From: Raillietiella orientalis
Taxonomy: Eukaryota
Direction of reading: 5' to 3'
Length of the DNA stretch: 64,000 nt
Assembly: GCA_036172245.1 (NCBI GenBank)
Contig: JAYWIR010000021.1
Span: 1,116,001 to 1,180,000, forward strand
Shown: positions 14,001-26,300 of the stretch, one piece after another
How the letters are laid out: the number at the start of each line of letters is the position of its first letter
How positions within the stretch are numbered: the first letter of the stretch is position 1
Translations under genes and position numbers: made by a program
The notes under the pieces: model-generated
Databases searched by the model: none
What the model was told of the DNA's origin: nothing
Seen by the model: only the letters and a program-made list of their open reading frames with translations

Positions 14001-17000
14001 GACCTCCCGCTGCTTAAGAAGGTTGCACACGTGGGACTTTCCAAAGGCGGAGCGGTCCCTCTTCACAGTTTTTTTTTTTTTTCCAGAACCGGTCTTACAG
14101 AAACGTCGGCCATCAAAGACAATCTGCGGGCTTTTCTTTTCCAGTCTTTTCCGTCGGCCACTGCGTATTTTTTTTTTCTTTTTTTTACAGAATGGGACTC
14201 TTTGGAGTGACTCCCGGTCGCAGCGTCTGCTTCCGGAAGGTCACATCGGAGCGCCATCGACAGTGCGAGCAGATCTTTGCGTGCGTCTGCTGCGGATTTT
14301 CAGTGGACCCAGATTGCATGCGGCTGGCTCGCCCGAGCTGGAGAGCGTGTCCCTCCCTCCCGTTCAGCGATGTGGTGAGACCTCGTTTGGTGGACAGACA
14401 GAACTCTGCGGACCGTTGCAGGTCGTTCCCGTCACAAGGCGGCAGGAAGCCTGGAAAAGAACCTCTCCTCGAGTTCTGTGGTCTGCAGACGAGTCCCCTG
14501 TCCGAAATCCCGTCCCAGAACGCCATGGCGGAGTTTCCTGTGGGTTAGGCCCCACAGTGGTCTTTGGGTCCAGGAGCAGCGGGATGAAGCCGCTGCGATC
14601 TAGGAGCACTCGGAAAGCGGTGGCGAGCCAATTTGCTAGGCTTGGTTTCCTTGGTGCTTCCACAAAACTTGCTCTCCTTAGGATCTCTTTTTTGGTTTTT
14701 CTTTTCTCCAGCAGGCGGAGGACTCCCTCTTAATGACCCTAAGAGAGTTCTGGTGGAGAGAGTCCTGAAGCCGTCAGCGGCATGACTTCCTCATATGTCT
14801 CGAATAATCCACGTGTCCTCCTGCTTTCTATGGGATGAACGATGTAGCCCTTTCGGTTTCAGATTGTCTGGGCCTTGATCTCTTTTTCTACTAGAGGAAA
14901 GTACTTTTGAGAAGGCCGAGGGATTGCACCTTAGACCAGCGGACAGGAAGGACGGTTGGACGCCTCACCAAGACGCCACGTCTATTGGAAAAAAACCGCA
15001 GGCTTGCGCGAGCCGGAAGCTCGCTTTTCGAATGAGAGTTCTGAATCATCCCCAAGCCGCCCCAAGCATCCTGATCAACAGGTGGGAGTGCACCACTCCG
15101 CTTTCCGTGGTCAACCAGACCCTCACAGGAGGGCACCTGCTGACCTCGGCGGAAAGTTGAACCGAGGAGCGACGAGTCCCTTCCGCTGGATTTGGCGGTT
15201 TCCCCGATGACAAAACCTCGCACTCACTTGATGCTGCAGAGTCGTGTCTTTCCTGTACCGTGGTCATCTTTTGCAGTTGGGGTCATCCTTTCTGCAGGTA
15301 AACGAAACAGTCGGGTGCGATCTATTACCAGGTTAAGTGATTCGAGGTCATCCAGAATGTCCTGGGTTTCTTACCTGTGTCCCAGTAGCTACACAGAGGA
15401 GTTGTGCTTTTTGTTGTGCACTGGTTTTCTGGTCGATAGCGGTCACCTTGTGTAGCCGCATGTCCTCTGCGCGCAGGAAGCGAAGCTCATTACCGAGAAA
15501 TCCGTTTCCTGGTGCATCCGTGTAACGAGGCAAGCGGGTGCTGTCGCTAAGAAAGCAGAGCGAATCCCTGCCATCGACTCCCTGTTTATCGCCGGGCAAT
15601 CCAAACCCTACGCCAATGGCCAGCACATTCGTTAATCCTCTTCCAGATCCTGGTTTCCCGAACTCCTCATTCGTGCTGGCCTCGAGCCCCCCCCCCCCCT
15701 TCCGGATTTCGACTCTTTAAAGAACCAACGCGCGCAGGGGTGAGTCGAGTCCTCGCGGTCTCTCTTGCATGGAGACATCGGACGGAGCGCACAGACCGCT
15801 CCAGAAGCCGTGCTGCATCCCGTGTGCTGATCTGATGAGCCCGGGAGTCACCTCGGGGTAGCTGTGGGGCTCTGCGGAGCCCCGAGGTGATCTTTTCGAT
15901 CGCCGTTTCGCGCTTCATCTTCGCTAATTTTCAATTCCTTTCCTTCCGGACCACCGCCGCACTCCCCGAAGTACTCTTCGCTTGCTCGTTTCCGAGGGAA
16001 CCCTCAGGATGTGCGTCTCCGTGCGTTCCGTTTCCGGCGGGATGCAGAAGAAAATCCTTGTTTCTCTCTACTTGCAACGTTTCTTTCGGCTGCAAACACG
16101 CTGTTTTTTTTTTTGTTGTTTTTTTTTTTTCTTTCTCTTGCTGCGAGTTTGCCTTGTCTACGGCCCCTTGTTGCATTTCCCTGACAAGTGGGCAAACTTT
16201 GGCCCACGGCCAGATGGCCGCGGGGGGAAAACGAACGCGTCGGCCGACGCGTGCGCTCCCGGAACGCAAAACAAACGCGCGCCCGCGCTCCCCAAAGCGG
16301 ATTTGTGCTTTTCGGGTGTCTCCTCGGTGGCGGACGTTCTTCCACGAACGTTCCAGATCGTTCGCGCGCGCAATTCGAGCCGTCCGCAGGACCGCGTTGG
16401 ACGGCGGTGCGCGCGTCGGCAGCGTTTCCGTCGAGGAAGCTGCGCGGGGAGATGCGGAATCGTCGCTCCGCATCGAGAGGTACCCGGCAAGTCAACCGAA
16501 GCGATTCGCCTGGGGCTGCCAGGAAGAAAGGGACTGCAAGGTTTCCGACCCTTGGCAGGGACGGGAACGCCGACCTTCTCAGATCGCGAACCTCGGATGC
16601 GGTGCACCTCTTCCGCAGTTGGTTCCCCGAGACGGGTGCGGCGGGCCCGCGGTGCGTGCATCCGACCCCAGCGGCACGCGTTCCACGGTTCGCCGTTTTC
16701 AAACAGCTGATGAAGCGCTCCATCTTTCCAGAACACTCCGCCCTGCCATGCTTGCTGCAAGCCCCCAACGGTAGATTGACGTGGCATCGAGCGGTGTTGA
16801 CTTCCTCTGAACTTCCCTGCCACTTCAGCCGCTTCGAACGGCATCTTCCACCCCGGTCCCGACACACACACAAGCCCTGCTCTCACGCAGCACACTCTCG
16901 GCGTCTCCTTCCTTTCCTGCCCTCGCACGTATCTGGAGGCGGGCTCGAAATTCCCCATCTCGAAGCAGTCTCGAAACGGTTCCATTAGAGAATGAGTCCC

Positions 17001-17369
17001 CTTGACCCTCGATCAAAGCGGCGCTTCGTGCTCGGAGCGTCCGGGAAGGAGGCGCGGGGAGGGCAGGGAAGGAAACTTCCCCGCAGCCGCGGCTGAATTT
17101 TCCCGTTGCCTCGAGCGAGCACAGATCGACGCGACGGGTCCACCCACCCCACGTTTCGTTGGAGAGGGAGCGTTCCTTGGGCTTCCCGGATGCGGCGGGG
17201 AGTCCACAGTGAACACCCAGCAAGCAGTGGCGGGGCACCGGGTCCTGTCGCCATCCACTGCACCACGAACGTGCCAAGATGCCGGTGCGCAAGCTGGAAA
17301 CATCCAACCTGGCAACGGAGTGGAGTGGAGCAAACAAAAGGAAAACAAAGTGAAAATAAGTAGATAAAT

Positions 17370-17386
17370 ACACACACACACACACA
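17370..17386. repeat. (AC)n microsatellite
   Basis: Directly visible. Confidence 0.9.
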
Positions 17387-17599
17387 AACCTGGAGGGGGT
17401 TTCGGGAAGGGAACACCGCCCTAGTGGAAGCTGGAGCATTCCAGGAGACGAGAACGCGTTCCCAAATTCTTCCGGGCGCGCGTGCGTTTGGCGGTTCTCC
17501 CTCGTCCTCTCTCCTCGCACCGATCTTCTCTCACGCACTTCACGTGAAGGTGGACCTGCTGGACTGCGCCGCGCACTTCGGACTCCGGCACGGCGAGGT

Positions 17600-18085
17600 C
17601 ATCGTGCCAGTTGGACTTGGCTACCCAGGGTTGAGATTAGCACTCCGCACGACGGGTGTCCTTCCCGGGTGTCCCTTGCAGTCTGGAAACGGCTCCTCCT
17701 GCTCAACGGCCACACAGAAGACCTCTTTTGAAGGAGAATCGCAGTGGCACAGTAAGATAGGGCGAGATGCACGTGACGCAGTGTTCGGTGGTGTGCCGGT
17801 GAGCGTTCGGTTTCGTGCATTTCCTGCCTCGAAGGAGGGAATGAGAGCGCGAAGGAATGCCTAAGGAAGGAAGGCCTTGAGGATCCCTGGCTGCCTCTGA
17901 GAGAAGCGACCTTCCTGGTGAAACTTTCTGCCCACTTCCGACAGCACCTTGCTCTCATTCCGTCCACATGGATTCTTCTTTCAAGAATCACTAGCACGCG
18001 ACCAGTGAAAAGGCCGTAGATAGCTGCTGCAAAAGAAGGCATCCCTCTCGACCTTCGAAGTAGGAGTTCAGCTGCTCCGCAAATT
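17600..18085 (-). mobile_element. Possible degenerate RT N-terminal remnant directly downstream of duplicated copy 2
   Basis: 'AIYGLFTGRVL' (IYKLF-like) and 'GILKAF'. Weak. Confidence 0.3.
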
Positions 18086-18089
18086 GAAT

Positions 18090-18759
18090 TCAAATTTAGT
18101 GCAGATGATGCACGTTCGGAAGGTCCTTCGCAAGCCCCCAGCCACCTGACCACCCAGTTCGCAGCCTCGCCGGCAGTTGCCCGTCCTGCCCGGCGACCCA
18201 CGGCGTACGGCCAGAGCATGCTTCCGCTCTGCTCCACGTGGCCGCGTACCTCTTCGTCTTCTTCTTGGCGGCTGTCCGCCGTTGCGCTGTCAGTCGCGAC
18301 TTCTGCCAGCGACCACGTCTGCGCTCTTCGGATCACTGAGCCACCAGCAGGGAGTGCTCCCGAGGGAGCCGTTGCTCCAGGGCGGACGTAAAGGAGGGGG
18401 CGCTTTCGCGTGTTTGGTCTTCCGGTACCGCCGCCGAGTTCGCAGACGGGAGGGCAGCGCAGGAGAGAGGACCCCACATTCGTTGTCGAGAACCGGGTCC
18501 GGACGAAGTGTTGGGTCGCTTCCCAGGCGTGGTTGGCTGCCCTGCTCCTGGTGGCTTAGGTCGAGCGGACGGTCGTGCCTGTTGACGATGATGTCGGAGT
18601 TGGGCGCGCGGAGACTCAGGACGTGCGCCAAGGTGTCTTCCCCGGGCGAGCACATTCGGTGCGCCCCTCTTCCTGCGGTCGTCTGCGGAGCGGCCAGAGG
18701 ATTGCGTCTTCTGAGGAGGCAGCCGGAGAATCGCAGGGTGGTGGTATCTTGGATACGGG
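18090..18759 (-). mobile_element. Copy 2 of the duplication, carrying only the knuckle/RLE 3' part of the NeSL/Utopia-like element
   Basis: ORF 18290..18655 'MCSPGEDTLAHVL..RHD..LRPDPV..GSLGS..SRD' is near-identical to 12028..12510. Confidence 0.88.
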
Positions 18760-18899
18760 AAGTGCTTTCCCCGGCCCCGCTCGCGGTAGTGTGAATTTAT
18801 TCAACCAACGGAACGATGCAAACAAACGAACAAACACTGTCGCTTTGGAGATCGGTGGTTGCTTGTCATGTCCGTGCTGCCCGCACTGTACCGTTCTAG

Positions 18900-20100
18900 C
18901 CCTGCACTTCACTATCCTTAAACGGTGGAGGAGAGTCCAGGAAGGTCCTCTGCCGTCAAGCACGAATGCCGATTTCCTTCTTCAAGAGTCCTCGCAGGAT
19001 CTCCAGTTTCGGTGCGGTGACCACTCTGATGGCCTGCCGCACCATTTTCCAGTCCTGGACAAGGGCGCGGCAGGTGTAAAGATGTAGGTCATCTTCGATT
19101 GACCAGCATGCCGGGCACTGGTTGTCGTCGGGGTTTCCCGGTCCAGCATCGGAGTCTCGTTTCGCATGGGTGCCTCCGTGGTAAAACATGAGGAGACAAT
19201 CCTGGATCTCCAGAGACAACGAGGATCTCCAGATGGCCTGCGGGCTAACTGCCGGTTCACTGGACCTGCCCCGCGTCTTGATCAGCACTTCCTCTGCAGT
19301 GACTATGACTGGCATATGCATGTTGTCGGCTCCAGCCCTCGTTCTGGACCACTGCGTGCCCTGGGCTTGTCAGATCTCTAGGGTCATGTGGGCTACCGAC
19401 CTTTGCATTAATCCTTTGATGCGAGGACTCACACGTCTGTGCCTTCATGGACCACAAGCGGTGGTATTTCAGGTGAACTGCATGGCAAAATGTGGAGCAC
19501 CAAGAAAGGACTGAATACCCTGGTTGCAACATGACCGAACGAAGATCTTCAGGACAACAGAGAGGGGTGTTATTTGGTACACCAACCCCGTGTGCCAAAT
19601 GACGGCACACCAAGTGGGGGATTGGACAAAGAGCACTTCGACTCAAGGACACCGAGAGACTTCTCAAGAAGGCGTGGAGAAGCAGACTGCAGACAGTTCT
19701 CATGCCGGTGGTTTCTGATTGTGGAACCGAAAGTAACGTGCTGAGTGCCATCAAATGATCCTGGAACCGTCCAACCGCCTTCGTGTTTCCTGTGAACTTC
19801 TCGTGCACACGATCGGCTGTGAATTCCCTCTCTCGTTGCATCTTCTCGGAGAAAAGTATCTCTACCGAGATACTTTTCTCCGAGAAGCGACGGTCTGCCG
19901 CCTCGAAAACCTCGAAGAACTCTTCGGTTCGTCCAAGAGCGGAAAACCGTGCATAGTCCCTTCCTCGGTCCCAGGTGACGGTCGCTTGGCTTCAATGGCC
20001 TCCATGCATGGTCTCCAAAAGTTGCATGTTCGAATTCCGCCCGGGGAAGGACCGACCCACTGGCAAATGGGTGCGTCGGGAGTTCGAGTTCCTCCCGCAA
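18900..20100 (-). mobile_element. Degenerate L1/Tx1-like LINE ORF2 C-terminal remnant (end of RT, thumb, zf-RVT-like zinc knuckle)
   Basis: 'EKYLG' (~19860); 'LVCRHLAHGVGVPN' resembling LCxP..GGLG.PN (~19590); 'IWRSSLSLEIQDCLLMFYHG..CPACWSIEDDLHLYTC..W' (ORF 18956..19321) resembling the zf-RVT pattern W..H..CP.C..E...HL..C. Confidence 0.6.
19842..19887. repeat. Perfect hairpin, 21-bp stem and 4-nt loop
   Basis: CTTCTCGGAGAAAAGTATCTC-TACC-GAGATACTTTTCTCCGAGAAG. Confidence 0.97.
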
Positions 20101-20109
20101 GATGACGCT

Positions 20110-20600
20110 TGTTAGCCGATAGACTTCGGGCCCAGAAATGGGGGCAGGCAGCTGGAAACCGGATGCCCCCGTTGACTGGCCGGGATTGGAAGTTGACCCC
20201 CGGAGTCCTTCCAGGAATCGAGGAATCGAGGGGCCCTTCGAAGTTTTCCTCTGGTCATGAAAATGCCTTCCGGGGGAACCTTCCTTCGTGTACTATGGAG
20301 CTAGTTGGTGCCTCTCCAGAGTGTAAGGGCGCTGCCCCCTTCGGGGAGCGCCCTTCCAAGAAATTGGGAAGCGTCCTTTCAGAGTTGGTCTTCAGAGGTG
20401 GAGGAAACCAGGAGCGGTTGGTTGCCTTGAGGGTTCCCTCTGGAGAAGAAATTCCAGGAGCAGATCCTTCCTGGATTCCCTCCGGACAAGAAACGAGAAG
20501 CAAGTCCCCTCCAGGGGTCCCTCTCGAAAAGATAAGGAAGAGGTTCCCTTCGGGATTCCCTCTCAAGCTTGAAAAGAGCGGAGCCTTTCCTGCGGAGTCT
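20110..20600. repeat. Diverged dispersed repeat, homologous to ~49570-50050 in the same orientation; probably a retroelement thumb remnant on the minus strand
   Basis: Shared blocks such as CCGGATGCCCC.GTTGACTG.CC.GGA.TGGAAGTTGACCC, ATGGAGCTAGT and CCCTTCGGGGAGCGCCCTT. Confidence 0.85.
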
Positions 20601-21199
20601 TCCTGGATTCACAGGGTGGTCCCTCCGGAGTTACCGCCCCCCCCCCCCCACCAATAGCTGGAAGAGTCACACGCACCTCGGGTGACGTGAACAGGGTCAA
20701 AGAACAAAGAGCGTCTTCGTGAGTCCCCCCAAAGGGGTGGGGCGGACGTCTCCGCAGCACGTGGCGCGTTCCTGCGTTCGGATGAAAGCCCGCGAGAGGC
20801 AGGAGCGCAGGCTGCAGTCACTTCCAGGCGCAGTTCGTGTCGCGAGTGACGTGATGCGTGGAAGACGAGGAAAACGAAAACGGGAAAGAAGGGGGATGCG
20901 AGGAGGAGGACCCGACGCTTCTTCCAAGCGCAGAGGGGAAAAAATCCGAGGAGCGCGCGACGTCACGAGCGAGCAGGGATGCATCCTCTGGATTCCACCC
21001 GAGAATCCGGCGACGAAGTCGCGGAGGAACCCGACTGCTCCTACAACACGTGCGAAGCGGGAGGGATCCAGGCAGACTGAGGAAACAAATCGGGAAGCTT
21101 CCACTGTCTCTCCACAAGGAAAACCAATTAGAATGGCTGCGCGCGAGGGCTGGATAGGGGTGAAATGAAATTTGGATGCCAGATCTTACCGGGAAACTG

Positions 21200-22200
21200 A
21201 CGGCATTGCCATCAAGGACGAATATTCCCTTCATCACAAGATAAAACCGAGCGCGAGGAAGGGAAAAGCGGCTGCGATGCTGCGGCCCCGGGATGCTGCC
21301 TGCTTGCTTCCCACCGAGGCGCGCACGCTGCGGCGGGTGGAGGGGGCCGAGCTGTTTAGGAGGGAGGCTGGGGCGGAGCGCCGGAGGGTCTCAGCAGGAA
21401 GGTGTGTGACGGCAGGGAAGGTCCGAGGCACCTCGACCCCGCTCCATACAACGCCCTCCCTTCCGGGAGGGCAAAGGGTTCGGATCGGTTGCGTGCGAAC
21501 GGAACGAGAGAGGGGCTCTAGTCGTCCGAGGCGGGGCGGAAACAGGGTGCCGGTCCACGCACGTAGCGGAACGGTCGCACGCACCGATCAGCCACCGGCG
21601 ATCGGTGGACAAGGTGGAAGCGTTCCCTTGTTGCAAAGGGTCTCACTCCCTGGGATCGGTAGGGTCGGCTCCCGACGAGACCCCAGCTCCGAGCCAGCAC
21701 CTCGTATTGCGGTGCGGCAGCAGAGCGGAACCCGTTGGAAGCTGTATCGCTCGGACAACGTAGCTTCAGATCCGAGGGAGGAGACAGCAGATGGGACGAA
21801 GGATAAAAGACGAGGCGACCGGACGCAGAAGCTACAAGGTGGAGAGCACCTGGCAGCCCTGCCGCGAGAGCTCCTCCTAAGAGGAGGAGACGCTAGGTGG
21901 CAGCCCGCGGAGGACATTCGGCGGATGCAGCGAAGGTCACACACGTGGCGCGCTGCTTGGGAAAGGCAGGGAGACCGGACGTCGGGTGCAGGGAGGGGTG
22001 CAGGCGAGGAGATTCACAGATGAAACGGTGACGGAGGAAGAGTTAGACGCTCGCGCGCGGGGCTCAGGGAACTGGCTGAGGGTCCTCCCCGGGGCCGGCA
22101 CCCGGAATGGTTCGGAAGAAATGGTTAGGGCAGCGCTGCAGCGCGCTGCGAGAATCGCTTCCTCCCACCGACCTTTTGGACGAGGCTCCGCAGTGGCGCC
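21200..22200 (+). mobile_element. Degenerate RLE-group RT-end/thumb remnant
   Basis: 'ADAAKVTHVARCL' at ~21921-21960 (thumb-like). DNA 21871-21987 is a diverged reverse complement of 24611-24724. Confidence 0.45.
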
Positions 22201-22749
22201 ATTTTGCGGCGCGGAACAGGAGGAGCAGAGGGGTTAAAAGGGGAGGAAGAGGGAAATCGGAGGAGAGGTGGAGCGGGCATCCGCAGGGACGGTCGCGAAG
22301 CGTACTTCGCTTTGCCCGGGGAGGTGTCACTGTCCGGCACGGTCCCCCCTACCGCCCGCGCGCACCCAGCAGGCTGGTGTGCCCCCGCACCCGGTGCCGC
22401 GCAGTGACCCCTGCCAGTCTCCTCCCACCGCTTCTGCTCGCGGTCTCGCCTCGCCCTTCGCCGATCCGCGGCAGCGGCCCCCTCTCGCGCTGAGAAGCGC
22501 CCCACAGCTCTCCTCCCTCCCTCCCTCCCTTCCTCCCCCTCCCCCCAACTCCATCGCACGCCCCAGTGCGAATCAATACGAGCTCTCCCGCATTATCTCG
22601 CAAGTTTTCTTAATGGTTGTGATTGAGATTTATCTGTCTGCAGAAGTATCTTTCACATTTTTCATCGCCCGCTAATCCATTTTCCCTTCCTCTTTCGTGG
22701 GCCCATTGTCGGCGCCGATCCTTCTCTTGTCTGCGAGTGAGAAATGGTT

Positions 22750-22769
22750 TCATCATCATCATCATCATC
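22750..22769. repeat. (TCA)n trinucleotide repeat
   Basis: Directly visible. Confidence 0.88.
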
Positions 22770-24399
22770 TTCTTCCTCTTCTCCTCCTTCCCATTTGGCT
22801 ATCGGCGAGCGTCCCGAAGACGCTGCAAGGAAGAAAAGGAAGATGAAGAAGAAGGCGCTGGGCGCACCAATTGGGCGGGAATGTGCTCAGGAGGTCATCC
22901 CCTTCCTCCCCTCTCTGGTCTTCGGGTGGACGCACGGGCGAGTTGCGTAAAGTGGGGAGGTTTTCGTCTCCTCCCGGGAACGCGGCTTTCTCGCGTAGGG
23001 AACTCCCGAAGGACGTGGGCGCCGAGGAGGAAAAGCTGAGATCTCGGGTGCTCTTTTTCGGCTGCCGCTGGACCGACCGCGCTCTCTGCCGCCGCAAAAG
23101 AAGTAGGCGGGAGCGACACGGTTCCTTCGCCTTCCACTGGAGGAGCGGCCCTCTCACTGAAAGCTCCCCCTCCCCCACCCCCGAGAAGTCTCCACGCATG
23201 GGTGGAGGGCTCCTGGGATGAGGACAGAGGCGGGGGCGGAAGAGAGGTACTAGGGGCGATGGGAAGAAGCCGGTCCGACAATCCCTCTCGGTCTCACCAC
23301 ATGGGCGGCTTCTGCCTCGGTGCCCCCCGCGCCCGTTGGCCAAGGTGGCCGGGGAGCCGTATCTTGCCCTTCTGCATGGGTTCTTCTCGTCGGGCCGCGG
23401 ACGCCCATGCACCCTTGGTTTTGTCCCTCCGGAGTCTCAGCAGAGCTTCCCTCGAGGAACAGCGCTCTCCTGGTCCTTCGAAGAAGGGGGTGTGGGCGAG
23501 ATGGTGACGCCCTCTTCCGCAAGCCCGACCGCTCGCGCCTTCTTCGTCCACGGGGTCTCCTCGAACGCAAGCTCCGTCGACCTCGACGCCTTCGGTCCGA
23601 GGAAATGCAGCCCCGGCCCATTTTTTTCCCGAAAGACCTGAAACTTCCCTGAGGAGGGATATCGGCGGCCGAACTCGCGAGGACGCCGTCTCCGCGGAAG
23701 GCGGGGCACTCTCGCGCATTCTTCTTCGCGTCCTTCATCATCGCCAGGGTGAGTTAAGGGCTGTGAGAACGGTCCCCTTCTGCCCTCCCTGAGGGTCGCC
23801 TCTGCGGAGGGGGGCAGTTTTCTGGAAGGGGTTACAGAGAGAGACTGTCGAAACTGACACTGCAGAGTCAGGTCCGGCGTCCTCTTTCTCGCTGCGGCGA
23901 GCGCGCTGCCGACGGCCCAGTAGCTCAGCTCCGGCGCCCTGCGACCTGAGACGCGCTCGCCAAATCAGGTCCCCGGCCAGAGAGCAGCCCAGGAGCACCT
24001 CTCAGGACTCCCTCTGCGCCTTCCTCAGGCAGTAGATGCCGGAGGATAGCGAGCAGCCGGCCGGCTGCTCTTGGAGTGCCCCTGCGGCGGTGCACTTGGC
24101 GCCTGAATATCCCTGGTCGAAGCTCGGAACGGGGGCAACGCTCACGTGCGGTGCGGGGAGCTCTGACCGTGCGCCGCCTCCCCACCTCTCTCCTCCTCTT
24201 CGTCTGGACTTGAAGCCGCCCCTCTGGTAGGAAATCGGAACCGACTCGCGCGTGGTCCGCGGGGGGTAAGAGTCTCTCCGAGGCCCCTAGACCCCGTCTC
24301 GGATCTCCGGACCTTCGCGATGCGGCTGCAGAATGCGCGCAGTTGGGTCGAGCAGCCGATGACGTGAGCTCCACGGGGAGTTCTGCGGAGGACGGGAAA

Positions 24400-25430
24400 C
24401 GCGGAGAGCCAGAAAAGAGCGGCTGAATCTGGGCAGGTGGTGGCGACGTTCCGCGAGCGGAGCGGAGGAGAGCAGCAGGCCGGTAGTGTTCGCAATAATC
24501 CAATGGGTTGATGCAGAAGAGAGCATCTTCCTTCTGGAAGCGAGTGATAGGTTTCTGCTGCTGCAGTGGCTAACCTGAACGGTTTCGGGATGTGGACCTC
24601 TGTGGCTTCTACCCGACGTCCGGTTCCACTGCCTTTCCCAAGCCGCGCGCCACGCGCGTGGCCTTCGCTGCATCCATCGGGCGTCCTCCGTGGGCCGCCT
24701 ATCGTCTCCTCTTCGCAGGAGGAGCGGGAACACAGTGAGAGCTTCGTGCGCGTCCACGTTAACCGCCGAGCCGGTTGGGCAGGGGCAGGTAGAGCGAGCT
24801 CGCCAGCCTCCTCCGAAAGAGGGAACCCCGTGCCGTGGGCCGGAGCCCTCGAACGGGAACGCGGAGAGGGGAAGGGAGGCGGGAGAAGAGGATTTTGCGG
24901 AGGGCGTGCAACCCGCCACGAATCAGGATGGAAGCAGTTGCTAAGGGAACACGACCTGTGCCTCCAGGTGTCCTGGATCGACGACGGAGGCACATCCGGG
25001 ACGCGAAAGTGCGTGACATCCACCAGAGCAACGGGGAAAGGGCCGACTGCCGGTGCTTCCTGAAGATAGATTTCGAACTCTCGGAAGAGGGAAGCAAAGC
25101 TCATCAACTTCTTCATCGCGTGCTCAAAAAGCTGCCCTTCACGGAAGGGCAATGCTCTACGTCCTTCTCTCCGTTTGCTCGTTGCACCTATTCTGCGCAA
25201 AATCTCTCGTGGTCACTGCCGACCTGGTGCTCTCACCGAAAGGGCACGAGCAGCGGGACTGACGCGTACTCACGCAGAGTCCGCCTTTTGCTGACCACGG
25301 TCTGAGGCGACCGAGGTCGTCGGCTCACGGTGCTTCCGACCGCTGTAGCCCCAAATCGTTCTCTTCCCCTTGATTCTGGTCTCTGTAGGCGTGGTCTCCA
25401 GGAAACGCCAAGATCAGCTGCGGGATTCGG
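24400..25430 (-). mobile_element. Degenerate RLE-group RT plus thumb remnant; includes the left arm of the 363-bp inverted repeat
   Basis: 'DLGVSWRPRL..ERFG..VVSKRRTLREYASVPLLVPF' (RT subdomains 1-3-like), 'REILRRIG', then 'DAAKATRVARGL', homologous to ~21921-21960. Confidence 0.5.
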
Positions 25431-26300
25431 ACTGTGCACATAAAAGAAGTAATGCCATCATTAATATAAAAAGGAATTACTAAGAGCCACACCTAGATGC
25501 TGAAGAATCCTTGGATCTTCTTCCGGCCAGCTAGTGAAAACGTCTGGCGTCCCCTGGGACCAGCCCAGAACTGCTCTGTCCCGTCCAACTCACGGCAGTG
25601 CCCTGAAGGAGACAGGACAGGCAAATCCCTGGTTTCCCGGCGACTTTCACGGGCTTCCGTCTGCACGCCACTAGCGTCCATCTATTCTACTGATTCAGTT
25701 GCCTACAGCTTGGGCTCAGCTAGCTGGAGACAAACCCAAACAAGTTTACTCTTTCCTACTGCCTGCCATCATCCCGAAAGTTTGACAGGTACGAGTTGGC
25801 CATGGCATCTTCGAGTAGATCAGTCCGAAAGCTGCTTGCAAGCTGCCGAAAACGCAGCTCTCCCTTTGAAAACAGAGGAATGCTCCCTGTGTGGCGTTCA
25901 GATGAACTTCTGGAAGCGGCATTTGAAGCAAACTTTACCGAACCCCGCAGCTGATCTTGGCGTTTCCTGGAGACCACGCCTACAGAGACCAGAATCAAGG
26001 GGAAGAGAACGATTTGGGGCTACAGCGGTCGGAAGCACCGTGAGCCGACGACCTCGGTCGCCTCAGACCGTGGTCAGCAAAAGGCGGACTCTGCGTGAGT
26101 ACGCGTCAGTCCCGCTGCTCGTGCCCTTTCGGTGAGAGCACCAGGTCGGCAGTGACCACGAGAGATTTTGCGCAGAATAGGTGCAACGAGCAAACGGAGA
26201 GAAGGACGTAGAGCATTGCCCTTCCGTGAAGGGCAGCTTTTTGAGCACGCGATGAAGAAGTTGATGAGCTTTGCTTCCCTCTTCCGAGAGTTCGAAATCT
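25068..26300. repeat. Inverted repeat: arms 25068-25430 and 25938-26300 (363 bp), 507-bp spacer
   Basis: Arms are reverse complements (coordinate sum 51368), with one mismatch seen near the inner end. Mirrored ORFs 25053..25262(+)/26106..26324(-). Confidence 0.97.

Noticed and set aside
15887..17538. Cluster of overlapping 240-295 aa ORFs in many frames
   Set aside because: Arg/Pro/Ala-rich stop-poor GC sequence crossing poly-T and CA repeats, with no recognisable domain.
18005..18025. Reverse strand loosely resembles the U2 snRNA 5' end (CGGCCTTTT), the Utopia target gene
   Set aside because: Only about 9 nt match, with no downstream U2 sequence.
24142..25200. Longest ORF (352 aa) as an intact gene
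   Set aside because: It drifts in and out of retroelement-like motifs, so it is a mosaic of frameshifted remnants.
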